Positions 8,728 to 17,307 of a stretch of DNA of 64,000 nt are shown piece by piece. The first letter of the stretch is position 1, and the number at the start of each line of letters is the position of its first letter. The notes under the pieces were generated by a model. It ran no database searches, was not told the origin of the DNA, and saw only the letters and a program-made list of their open reading frames with translations. The translations under genes were made by a program, and so were the position numbers. Origin of the DNA: Ostreococcus lucimarinus (lineage: Eukaryota); assembly GCA_000092065.1 (NCBI GenBank), contig CP000583.1; one strand, written 5' to 3'.

Positions 8728-10614
8728 ATGGACTCCAAGTGGTTCACGCGCGATGTCGCGGAGCTGAGGACCTGGCGAATCATCGGCGCGTGCGCGTGGT
8801 CCACGCTCGCTATTTTCGTCGCCGTACGTCGCGCTCGCGTCGATTTGATTTCGATTTCGCCAACGTCCGCATTTGATTCTCGACGAAGGCGACGACTGAC
8901 GGAGCGCCATCGCGACGCGCGCGCACAGGCATACGCATACTTCACGTGTGTACACATTCTTGGTGGTGACTTCCCGCACTGGTCGCGCGTGGCCGTGGCG
9001 TTGACGTACGCGGCGACGCAACTGCCAGCGAGCGCGGCGACGGCGATGTGCGCGAGAGCGAGCACGGCTGATTTCGTGCCGAACGGCGAAAGGGACGCGT
9101 GTGGAATCGTGCGAGGGGAGAGAATCGGTGAACGGTTCGCAACGGCGATGATGCGGGATGGGATGACGATCGGGGCGTTGGGCGGCGCGTTTGCATGCTC
9201 GGGGAGTTTGGCGTGCTCGCTCGCAGCGAGGACGACGCCGACGCGGGGCTTGGTGGGGATGATGACGGTGAACGCGTCCGACGCTACGTTCGCAGCGCAA
9301 TTTGGCTGTGTGTTGGGGGTGATGACAGTGGTGAACTTTTGGTTCAACGATGGTTTGGTGGTGAAGTTTTCATCGGTGCAGCGACCGCGCGGGTTGCGGT
9401 TGAAACGCGCATTTGCGCCGTGCGCTCTAAGTGGATTGAAGCGTTCCCTTTATGCGTGCGTGGTGCATATTTTGGTGGTAATTGCGAGTCGATTCCTCGT
9501 CCAGCTCAGCGCGAAATCGTCTCGAGGTTTGTTCTTGGGGTCGATGTCGTGTTGGGGCGCTGGGGCGCTCGCGAGCGCTTCGTGGGCGCTCGCAATTTTC
9601 TGCGCCGAGATCGTGCACACCGAGCGCTATGAGTTCAGACCGCAAAGTTTGACGCAAGGTCCGAAAGTTGCGAGCGAACCTCTGATGGCGGCTTTGCATT
9701 ATTTCGAAGTTCCGTTCGTGCAGCACTTGGCGTTTGCAGACTTGTGCAACGTCGCCGAGAGCGGTGGACGCGGACGGCGCCAGCTCATCTACGGCGATAC
9801 CCCCGATGCGGCGTGGTCTGTGGTGATATCGATCGCTCTCGCGCCGTTGGCATCGATTTCGCGTTCGGTGAACAAGGCGATGGACCGCACTATGTTGGCG
9901 GCGTTGCGAGACACGGATGCGGATGCGGCGCAAAGGATTAGTGAAAAGTACGCGCAAATGAATACGCCAAAGCCCAAATTTCGACACGAGAGCGCGCAGA
10001 CGCAACAAGCGTGGAATGCGTTGCGTCAAAGCGAGGTGCTCTCGACCGATGTTGCGGCGCGTGAGTTGTGCACGGTGGTCAAGGCGTACGGGCAATTGGC
10101 GATTTGGGGCGCGCGCGCTTCGTCTTCGCTCGCCGTCGCCGCGAAAAAGGAAGATGTTCGCGGAAACGCGCGTTCGATCAATCCGTCGCTCAGTGCGATT
10201 GTGCGAACGTTACTTACGGCACAATTAGCATGTCGGACGATCATCGAGCAAGGTTCTCCTCCCGTGCGCGCCTCCAGTGGGTTCACCTCTAGCGATTTGG
10301 CGTCGACGTCAAAGGCGAATTCCATCGTCGCGAAGCGAAACGAGATCATCAACAACGTCTTGTACGTTTTAGGAATCACCGCCACCAATAGAAATGATGC
10401 AAACGGTGCTGTGACGCCGGCTTTCACGCCCGCAGTGGAGACTGCGAAGAGAATATCGGACACCGTGGAGATCGCTTTGGGCGCGCTCGTCGTCGAGTAC
10501 GGCGACGACGTCAAAGTCATGCTTCGCGAATCCGAACAATTCGGGCCGCCAGAGTTCGGCACACCGAACGAGCTGTTTGATGCCTTAGAAACAATCGCCA
10601 CCGACTTGGCGTGA
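8728..10614 (+). CDS. Predicted multipass membrane protein of unknown function
   Basis: A 628-aa ORF with several hydrophobic segments (LAIFVAV, VVHILVVIASRFLV, WALAIFCAEIV) and an Ala-rich soluble C-terminal half. I recognised no family signature. Confidence 0.35.
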   Translation: MDSKWFTRDVAELRTWRIIGACAWSTLAIFVAVRRARVDLISISPTSAFDSRRRRRLTERHRDARAQAYAYFTCVHILGGDFPHWSRVAVALTYAATQLPASAATAMCARASTADFVPNGERDACGIVRGERIGERFATAMMRDGMTIGALGGAFACSGSLACSLAARTTPTRGLVGMMTVNASDATFAAQFGCVLGVMTVVNFWFNDGLVVKFSSVQRPRGLRLKRAFAPCALSGLKRSLYACVVHILVVIASRFLVQLSAKSSRGLFLGSMSCWGAGALASASWALAIFCAEIVHTERYEFRPQSLTQGPKVASEPLMAALHYFEVPFVQHLAFADLCNVAESGGRGRRQLIYGDTPDAAWSVVISIALAPLASISRSVNKAMDRTMLAALRDTDADAAQRISEKYAQMNTPKPKFRHESAQTQQAWNALRQSEVLSTDVAARELCTVVKAYGQLAIWGARASSSLAVAAKKEDVRGNARSINPSLSAIVRTLLTAQLACRTIIEQGSPPVRASSGFTSSDLASTSKANSIVAKRNEIINNVLYVLGITATNRNDANGAVTPAFTPAVETAKRISDTVEIALGALVVEYGDDVKVMLRESEQFGPPEFGTPNELFDALETIATDLA

Positions 10615-10784
10615 CGGATGACGTCGTCGATAGAAGTTAAATTTGTAACAGCGAGCGCGTCGAGAGCTCTACCTACGACCCACACCGCACCTCGCGACGC
10701 GACGCTCTCGGCGCCGCCGAGCGCTCGCTTTCGAGCGTCGACGGTTTTAACTGCGCACGTCGCGACCACGTTTCGTTCCGCGCG

Positions 10785-12041
10785 ATGTTTCGCGCGTCTG
10801 TGGCGCTCGGCGCGCGTCGTCTCTCGAATGGGTACCTTTTCGCGTGCCCGCGCGCCGCCGGCGCGCGCGCGCGACGACGATACCGCCCGAGCGGCGCGAC
10901 GTGTCGACTCGACGTAGAATGTCGTCCGTCGTCGTACGACGAAGAATTGCGAGAGAAGACGGCGCACGCGCGCGCGCACTTTGACGGCGTGGCGACGCTG
11001 CCGAGCCGCACGGAGACGTTCGAGAGCGCGCGAGAGGAGTTTCGCATGCGCGCCGAATTCAAGGTGTGGCACGACGGCGATAGGAGTTACTTCGCCATGT
11101 GTGATTCCGATCGACCGAAGGACCCGGTGGAGGTGGTGGACTTTCCGATGGCGAGCGCGCGCATTCGCGAACTCATGCCAGAGTTGCTGCGCGAGGTGAC
11201 GGCGACGGAGACGCTGCGAAGAAAGCTGTTTCAAGCGAATTTCCTCACCACGACGACCGGAGATGCGGTGGTGAGTTTGTTGTACCACAGACAGTTGGAT
11301 GAAGATTGGGAACGCGAGGCGGAGGCGATGCGGGCGCGGTTGGGGATCGACGTCATCGGTCGCGCGAGGAAGCAAAAACTTGTCCTCGCCAAGGATTTCG
11401 TGACCGAGAAGGTGTTGATCGATGGGAAGGAATTTAGTTACAAGCAGTTGGAGGGGTCGTTCACGCAACCGAACGCTGGAATTGCGGCGCAAATGCTCGC
11501 GTGGGCTCGCTCGGCGGCGGTGAGCGATTCACCAGACGTCGTCGCGGCGGCGACGCCGCGAGACGCGAATCGAGATTTTCTCGAGCTCTATTGCGGCAAC
11601 GGACATTTCACGATCGCGCTCGCGCCCTTGTTTCGCAAATGTTTGGCGACTGAAATATCGAAATCGTCCGTCGCCGCCGCGCACGTGAACATGGCCGCGA
11701 ACGGAATCGACAACGTCGTCACCGCGAGACTATCGGCGGAGGAGCTGTGCGACGCCCTCGACGGCGGACGCGAGTACACGCGCCTGAAGGATATAGATCT
11801 CACGACGTACGATTTGAGCACCGTGCTCGTCGATCCGCCGCGCGCCGGCATGGGCGACGAAGTGAGCAAATTCTGCGCGCGCTTCGACAGGATCATTTAC
11901 ATCTCGTGCAATCCGGAAACTTTGGCGCGAGACTGTAAAATTCTCGGCGAGACGCACGAAATCAAACGATTCGCCGTCTTCGACCAGTTCCCTTACACCC
12001 CGCACTTAGAGTCGGGCGCGCTCTTGGTGAAGCGCGCGTGA
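10785..12041 (+). CDS. trmA: tRNA (uracil54-C5)-methyltransferase, bacterial TrmA type, with an N-terminal presequence-like extension
   Basis: Colinear with E. coli TrmA: RMRAEFKVWHDGD, KLFQANFLTTTTGDAVVSLLYH, NSFTQPNAGIAAQML, LELYCGNGHFTIALA, VDPPRAGM, ISCNPETLARD and C-terminal FDQFPYTPHLESGALL. There is an Arg-rich N-terminal extension of about 45 aa. Confidence 0.85.
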   Translation: MFRASVALGARRLSNGYLFACPRAAGARARRRYRPSGATCRLDVECRPSSYDEELREKTAHARAHFDGVATLPSRTETFESAREEFRMRAEFKVWHDGDRSYFAMCDSDRPKDPVEVVDFPMASARIRELMPELLREVTATETLRRKLFQANFLTTTTGDAVVSLLYHRQLDEDWEREAEAMRARLGIDVIGRARKQKLVLAKDFVTEKVLIDGKEFSYKQLEGSFTQPNAGIAAQMLAWARSAAVSDSPDVVAAATPRDANRDFLELYCGNGHFTIALAPLFRKCLATEISKSSVAAAHVNMAANGIDNVVTARLSAEELCDALDGGREYTRLKDIDLTTYDLSTVLVDPPRAGMGDEVSKFCARFDRIIYISCNPETLARDCKILGETHEIKRFAVFDQFPYTPHLESGALLVKRA

Positions 12042-12095
12042 TGCGCGGCGAAACGTCCCGGCGGTGATCTCATTGTACAAATAAATATTCTACAA

Positions 12096-12680
12096 CTAGT
12101 GATGATACGGTTCGCCGCGTAAAATCGTGTGCGCTCGATACAACGCCTCCGTCACCACCAACCTCGCCACTTGATGATTCAGCACCATCTTCGACAACCG
12201 CAGGCTCTCGTTCGCTCGATCGATCACGTCTTTCCCGTGTCCGAACGGCCCACCCAAAACGAACACCCCTCGCTCGTAGCCCTCGTCCCCGATCCTCGCC
12301 ACCAATTCCGCCACCTCCTCGCTCGACGCGTCCCGCCCGCGCTCGTCCAGCAGCACGACGTAATCCCGCGCCGTGATCGCCCGCATCACCCGCTCGCCCT
12401 CGTGAACCTTCTGCAGCTCGGTATCCTTGACGTTCTTCGGGTTTTGTTTCACCGTCTTCTCCTCGAACGGCGCGTAGCGCGCGCACCGCCGCGCGTACTC
12501 GTCGACCGCGTCGTCGACTTTCGCGCCGCCGCCCTTGCCGACGACGACGACGACGAGCGGGACCGCGCGCGTGGACCGCGCGGTCGAGGACGCGGACGAC
12601 GCCGCGCGCGCGGACGCGGCGATGCGTCGACCGCGTCGCGCGCACGCGCCGGACGCGCGCAGGAGCGCCGTCGTCGCCAT
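12096..12680 (-). CDS. rlmH: RlmH-type (SPOUT, YbeA/DUF163) rRNA pseudouridine-N3 methyltransferase with a transit-peptide-like N-terminus
   Basis: The C-terminal 150 aa of minus ORF 12096..13133 align with E. coli RlmH (VVVVGKGGGAK..YVVLLDERG..LGGPFGHGKDVIDRANESLRLSKMVLNHQVARLVVTEALYRAHTILRGEPYHH). I placed the start at Met codon 12678..12680 (MATTALLRASGACARRGRRIAASARAASS, an R/S/A-rich presequence). The upstream part of the track ORF is antisense to the APE gene leader and was judged non-coding. Confidence 0.72.
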   Translation of the reverse strand: MATTALLRASGACARRGRRIAASARAASSASSTARSTRAVPLVVVVVGKGGGAKVDDAVDEYARRCARYAPFEEKTVKQNPKNVKDTELQKVHEGERVMRAITARDYVVLLDERGRDASSEEVAELVARIGDEGYERGVFVLGGPFGHGKDVIDRANESLRLSKMVLNHQVARLVVTEALYRAHTILRGEPYHH

Positions 12681-12978
12681 GCGTCGCGCTCTGCGCGCGG
12701 CGTCGAGCGACACCGCGAGGTCGCCGCGCCGCGCGCGCGCCGACGCCGCCCCGGCGCGACCGGGCGTCCGAGCTCGTTTTTTTTCGTCGATCCGCGCGCG
12801 ACGCGACGCGACGCGATCGCGCCGTCGCGTCGACGCGCGTCGCGGTCGCGCGCGTCGTCTCGATCGTCGATTCGTTTCGCGTTCGCGATTCGAACGCCGT
12901 GCGATCGATCGCGACCGCGACCGCGACGCGCGACACACGACGACGACGACGACGGACCGACGCGCGACGACGACGGTG

Positions 12979-14046
12979 ATGCGAGCGAAACGAACGCCGT
13001 CGCCGACGGCGCGCGACGGCGCGGACGTCGCGCCGACGGGGAATAAAAAACCGAAAAAGGCGACGACGACGACGACGGTCGAGCGGAGCGACGCGGCGCG
13101 ACGGGACGCGCCGCGAGACGCGCGCGCGTTCACGGCGATCGCGTGGAACGTCGCGGGATTGCGCTCGTTTCACGAGAAATCGCTCGATCGGTTGCGAGGG
13201 GTGATCGCGGGAGAGGCGCCGGACGTGGTGATTTTGCAAGAGCACAAGCTGCAGGAGACGCACTGCGCGGCGTTTACGGAGCGGTTGAGGCGGGACTTTC
13301 CGATGTATAAGACGGTGCAGTTCGCGGTGAGCGTGGCGAAGAAGGGGTACAGTGGAGTGGTGGTGATGTGTAAGGCGGCGCGGAATGGGACGAGTGGGTC
13401 GACGCAGGGCACGTTGGACGCGATGTTCGGCGGCGGGGCGAAGGACGAGGAGGCGACGTACGACGGGCCAAAGTTGTTGGAGATTCGCGAAGGGTTGGGC
13501 GCGCGAGGATACACGGACGAGGGACGGACGATGACGCTGGAGTTTGAGGGGTTTTACCTCGTCACCGCGTACGTGCCGAACAGTGGACAAGATCTGAAGC
13601 GTTTGGATTATCGAATCGGCGAGTGGGAGCGCGACATGCGCGCGCATCTCAAAGAACTCGACGCGAAGAAACCGGTGGTGTACATGGGCGATTTGAACGT
13701 CGCGCATCTGGATTCTGATATTTGGAACGTCGGTGCGTCGCATATTAAGAAGAGCGCGGGGACGACGCCTCAAGAGCGCGAGGCTTTCGGGGTCATGCTC
13801 GAGGAGAACGACTTGCGCGACGCGTTTCGACATTTCCACGGCGACGCCGTCGGTTGGTTTTCTTATTGGAGCGTTCGCGCGGGGAATCGCCCGTTCAACA
13901 AAGGTCTTCGACTCGATTACACCTTGGCGTCGAAAAGAGTCTTCGACGGCGGCGCTGATGGCGTCGAAGTTGTGGACGCGTTCATTCTCGACAAGGTCCT
14001 TGGGTCTGACCACGCGCCAGTCGGCGTGACGCTCGCGCTCCGATGA
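12979..14046 (+). CDS. AP endonuclease, exodeoxyribonuclease III / APE1 family
   Basis: The track ORF begins at 12535; the conserved body is WNVAGLR, ILQEHK, KGYSGVVV, FYLVTAYVPNSG, MGDLNVAH, LDYTLAS and SDHAPV, colinear with human APE1 / ExoIII. The N-terminal region is K/R/T-rich (NLS-like). Start taken at ATG 12979; 12535 is an in-frame upstream alternative. Confidence 0.88.
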   Translation: MRAKRTPSPTARDGADVAPTGNKKPKKATTTTTVERSDAARRDAPRDARAFTAIAWNVAGLRSFHEKSLDRLRGVIAGEAPDVVILQEHKLQETHCAAFTERLRRDFPMYKTVQFAVSVAKKGYSGVVVMCKAARNGTSGSTQGTLDAMFGGGAKDEEATYDGPKLLEIREGLGARGYTDEGRTMTLEFEGFYLVTAYVPNSGQDLKRLDYRIGEWERDMRAHLKELDAKKPVVYMGDLNVAHLDSDIWNVGASHIKKSAGTTPQEREAFGVMLEENDLRDAFRHFHGDAVGWFSYWSVRAGNRPFNKGLRLDYTLASKRVFDGGADGVEVVDAFILDKVLGSDHAPVGVTLALR

Positions 14047-14106
14047 TTTCTCGCCGCGAGAAAAAATTGGGGGTTAGGCCGCTGCAATTAAAATACAAAT
14101 TTTATG

Positions 14107-16059
14107 CTATGGGTCGCCGACGATCTTTTGCCGTTTCGCCGGCGTCGTCGACGTCGAACGTTTTTGCCGCGTTTTCTGCCATCGCAGCCGTTGTCGTTGG
14201 TAAGTCAAGTTCTCGATGACTTCGCTCGACAGTCCGTAATCGTCGTCTTCCGCGTCTTCCGCGACGTGTCGCGGCGCCGTTTCTAATCTCTTTTCTTTTT
14301 TCCTCCTGATCCTTGTTTCAGCGGCACGCTTGGCCGGGTCCAACATGCGTCCGTACAAATCTCTTCGGCCCTTCGCGGTATCTCTGATTTGCGCGCTGAA
14401 CGCTTTGTATTCCTTACTCGCGGACTCTTTACTTTCAATGTAATCGAGGCGTGCCTCGACTTGACGATAACGAGCCTCGGTGGGCTTTCCCGGATAGAGC
14501 ACAACCATGATAATGTAATGCACGCGCAACCATACGATTTCTTCTTTTGAAGGACGTCTAATTTCTCCAACCTTCAACGGTGCTTTTTCATCCTTCTTTT
14601 TGAAAAGGGTATCCGGCCACCATTGTCGTTCGTCGTCGAAAACGTGCTGAATCGTCGCCTCATCAACCGGGTTGCATGCAAACATCTCAGCCGCCTTGTC
14701 CACTTCCAAATCGTCGTCTTCTATACCCGTGAGTTCGCTGCGAATATCGCTGATGTCAGTATGCGTGATACCCAAGCCTTTGATACCAGTCAACATCGTC
14801 GCCAGCATGACCCAGGCGCGTTTATTCGTTGGTTGTACCTCGACGCACGTCGCGATCGACTCGAGCATAATTCGTCTCATCTGCTCAACGTTTGCTTTTT
14901 CTTTTTCTCCAGCTAGTAGCTTCCACAGCATCATCAACGATGTGTTCGACGTCGGATCGATTCGCAGCACAGCCTTGCACGCGTTGGTTACTTCTAGTCG
15001 AAAGGCGTCCGAGTCCAAAGTTGAGCCTTTCGGATGTCGCGTCTGCATGGCGTTCATCAAGAGTTCCGCGTACGCTGCGTTTACGTCCGCATCGTTGGGG
15101 TTCTTCATCAAGCACTTTGTCAGTACTTCTCTCGTTCTCAGAAAGCTGCCTTGAAAAGCTTCAACCTGCGCCAACGCCACCGCGCACGCGGCATCGCCTT
15201 CATCTAAACGAATCGCCTCTTGCAACGCCGCCTTGGCCTCACCGCCTAATTTCACCGCCTCGACGTCATCCACGGGTTTGTGATGTTTACTCCCCGGCCG
15301 CCACACGAGTGGTAGCACCCTATCTCCATCGTCCGATAACCCTGAAAACCTAATCGCGCGCATCCTTCGCACCCAACGTAAATGCCGCAGCAGCGCCGTC
15401 GTCTTCGCCAACGGGAATTTCGTATCGTCTCGCACGGGATTTTTCGGCGATTTTTTCCGTCGCTCTCGGAGCACGGCAATCGCGCCTTCGATATCATCAT
15501 CGTCAACTAAAAGTCTCGCCGCGCGTTCCATCGTATCCGCGTCGCTCCGCGCGCTTCCCACCGCGCTCAGCGTCTTGACGCGCTCCCGCACGCGCGCTTC
15601 GTCCATCCTCGTCGACGCCGCGACGCGATACTCGCTCGATCCCGCCATCGCTTCCTCGCTGATCAGCGTCTCCAGCGCGCAGTACAGCACCTCACGATCG
15701 ATCCAAGACCGCTTATCCGAAACGCCAGCCGCTCCTCGCGCTCGGTCTCGCGTCTCCGCCTCGCGCGCGCCGGCGCCGCTCAGCGTCCCCATCGTCGCCC
15801 TGAGCATAGTCACCGCGCACAGCGCCGCCCGCGCGCGGTCGCCTCTTCCGCACGCATCGCGAAGCAACGCAATGAGGCTTCGCGCGACGTTCGACGCGCT
15901 TCCGCACCGCGACACGAGCGTCGACGCGCATAACTCGGTGGATTCCTGACGAACCGCGCGCAGGCGCCGACGCAAATCGCTGCGAGCGTCGTCGAAGCTC
16001 GCGAACGCGCGCACGGCGACGGGAAACGTGCGCTCGTGTTCGTGGTGTCGAGCGAACAT
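14107..16059 (-). CDS. Hypothetical 650-aa all-helical (TPR/HEAT-like) protein, unknown function
   Basis: Uninterrupted minus ORF of ordinary amino-acid composition, unlike the R-rich antisense artefacts. Low-complexity basic C-terminus. No family signature recognised. Confidence 0.45.
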   Translation of the reverse strand: MFARHHEHERTFPVAVRAFASFDDARSDLRRRLRAVRQESTELCASTLVSRCGSASNVARSLIALLRDACGRGDRARAALCAVTMLRATMGTLSGAGAREAETRDRARGAAGVSDKRSWIDREVLYCALETLISEEAMAGSSEYRVAASTRMDEARVRERVKTLSAVGSARSDADTMERAARLLVDDDDIEGAIAVLRERRKKSPKNPVRDDTKFPLAKTTALLRHLRWVRRMRAIRFSGLSDDGDRVLPLVWRPGSKHHKPVDDVEAVKLGGEAKAALQEAIRLDEGDAACAVALAQVEAFQGSFLRTREVLTKCLMKNPNDADVNAAYAELLMNAMQTRHPKGSTLDSDAFRLEVTNACKAVLRIDPTSNTSLMMLWKLLAGEKEKANVEQMRRIMLESIATCVEVQPTNKRAWVMLATMLTGIKGLGITHTDISDIRSELTGIEDDDLEVDKAAEMFACNPVDEATIQHVFDDERQWWPDTLFKKKDEKAPLKVGEIRRPSKEEIVWLRVHYIIMVVLYPGKPTEARYRQVEARLDYIESKESASKEYKAFSAQIRDTAKGRRDLYGRMLDPAKRAAETRIRRKKEKRLETAPRHVAEDAEDDDYGLSSEVIENLTYQRQRLRWQKTRQKRSTSTTPAKRQKIVGDP

Positions 16060-16168
16060 GGTCGAGAGGTCAGGGCGGTGGGCGAACGCGCATCGCGCGC
16101 GAGTGGCGGTTTGAGGCGACGCGCGCGCAGTCTAACAGTCTAAAATGAAATTACACGAAGAAGGGCGA

Positions 16169-17176
16169 TCAGTCGTCGCCGTCGCGAAATAAGTCGTCCA
16201 ATTCGCCCCCGCGCAGTTGGTTCATGTGTTTGTGAGCCTTGCGCGCTTGCTTCTTTTGAACTTTTTGTTGGTACTTGGTGACGTCGCGCTTTTTGGATTC
16301 GGCGCGCTGGGCGTTCGGGGAGACAAAGGTTTCGTCCTCGAATAATACCGCGCCGCCGAACGCGCCAGCGAAGATTTTGATCGGGTGCAAGCACAACCGA
16401 GGACCCGTCTCGGAGAGGGTCAAGCCTTGGGTTTTCACCTCCTTCCCCGCGGGATGGACGACTTGATAATTCCGAAACCACACGCGATTGTCCTCCCAGT
16501 AAAAGCACATTTGATGATCGTAGAACGGCTTAGATTTGAAGTGTCGGTACGGCGTCGCGAAGGTTTGAATCAACGCTTCCTTTATCAACCGTCTGTGCGC
16601 CGTCTCATCGAACGCCGGCGCGAAGTGCAACGACGGTCGACTAAACTTCAAGTGATTCCCCGTCATCTTCAGCTCCGCCATCGTGTGCACGTTTTCCACG
16701 TGAAATTTAATCGAAGGCCCGCTCGGCGTCTTCGCCAGCCACATGTAACAATCTTGTTTCTTCCTGCACTCAAAAAACATCGCGCTCGAGCATCCTCGCA
16801 GATCCGCCGCCTCCACGACGACGTTTCTCTCGTTCTTCGTGTCCAACTTCGCGTCCTTCTTCGCGTTCGGCACGAGCGTCAGCAGGTCCAGCATCAGGTG
16901 TCTGTACCTCGACGTCGCCCCTCGGCTCGTCAGCACGAGCGTCTTTTCGTTTTTATTCACCAGGCTCGCGTCGACGCTCTTCGCCTTTCCCTCCGGGACG
17001 TAGCCCGTGCCCGGGACGACGCTCGCGCGTCGTCGCTTCGCGTGCGCGTCGTTCACGGTTTCGTCCTCGCTGTCGCTCGCGACGTCGCCGAGCGCGCTCG
17101 CGGGGCGCGCGCGGAGCTCGGCGAGGGCGTCTTCGTCCGCGCGCGCGCGCTCTTGGCGCTTCTTCTTGTTCTTCAT
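16169..17176 (-). CDS. BRX1: Ribosome biogenesis protein BRX1 (Brix domain)
   Basis: Colinear with human BRIX1 / yeast Brx1: LVLTSRGATSRYRHLMLDLLTLVPNAKKDAKLDTK, FFECRKKQDCYMWLAKTPSGPSIKFHVENVHTMAELKMTGNHLKFSRPSLHFAPAFD, PFYDHQMCFYWEDNRVWFRNYQV. Start taken at Met codon 17174..17176 (MKNKKKRQ); 17272 is an alternative. The rest of track ORF 16169..17893 is an R-rich in-frame leader. Confidence 0.88.
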   Translation of the reverse strand: MKNKKKRQERARADEDALAELRARPASALGDVASDSEDETVNDAHAKRRRASVVPGTGYVPEGKAKSVDASLVNKNEKTLVLTSRGATSRYRHLMLDLLTLVPNAKKDAKLDTKNERNVVVEAADLRGCSSAMFFECRKKQDCYMWLAKTPSGPSIKFHVENVHTMAELKMTGNHLKFSRPSLHFAPAFDETAHRRLIKEALIQTFATPYRHFKSKPFYDHQMCFYWEDNRVWFRNYQVVHPAGKEVKTQGLTLSETGPRLCLHPIKIFAGAFGGAVLFEDETFVSPNAQRAESKKRDVTKYQQKVQKKQARKAHKHMNQLRGGELDDLFRDGDD

Positions 17177-17307
17177 CGCGCGCGCGTCGTGCGAGCGACC
17201 GCGGGCGGCGGCGTGTGCGAACGAGGCGCGGCGGCGGCGGCGGCGGACCACCGGGACGGCGCTGGGGGACATTTCGCGAGCGGGACGGAGGCGAGGGAGA
17301 TTTTGGA

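Noticed and set aside
12070-14013. A 647-aa minus-strand ORF, and similarly long ORFs at 10026..11492, 6413..7615, 3881..4601, 22363..23616, 25125..25925, 40764..41984, 16385..17641, 61522..62697 and 50270..51067.
   Set aside because: They are antisense to, or frame-shifted over, genes with strong homology (APE, TrmA, carrier, ALT and others). Their translations are R/A/S/P-rich low-complexity strings typical of spurious ORFs in GC-rich DNA, with no conserved motifs.
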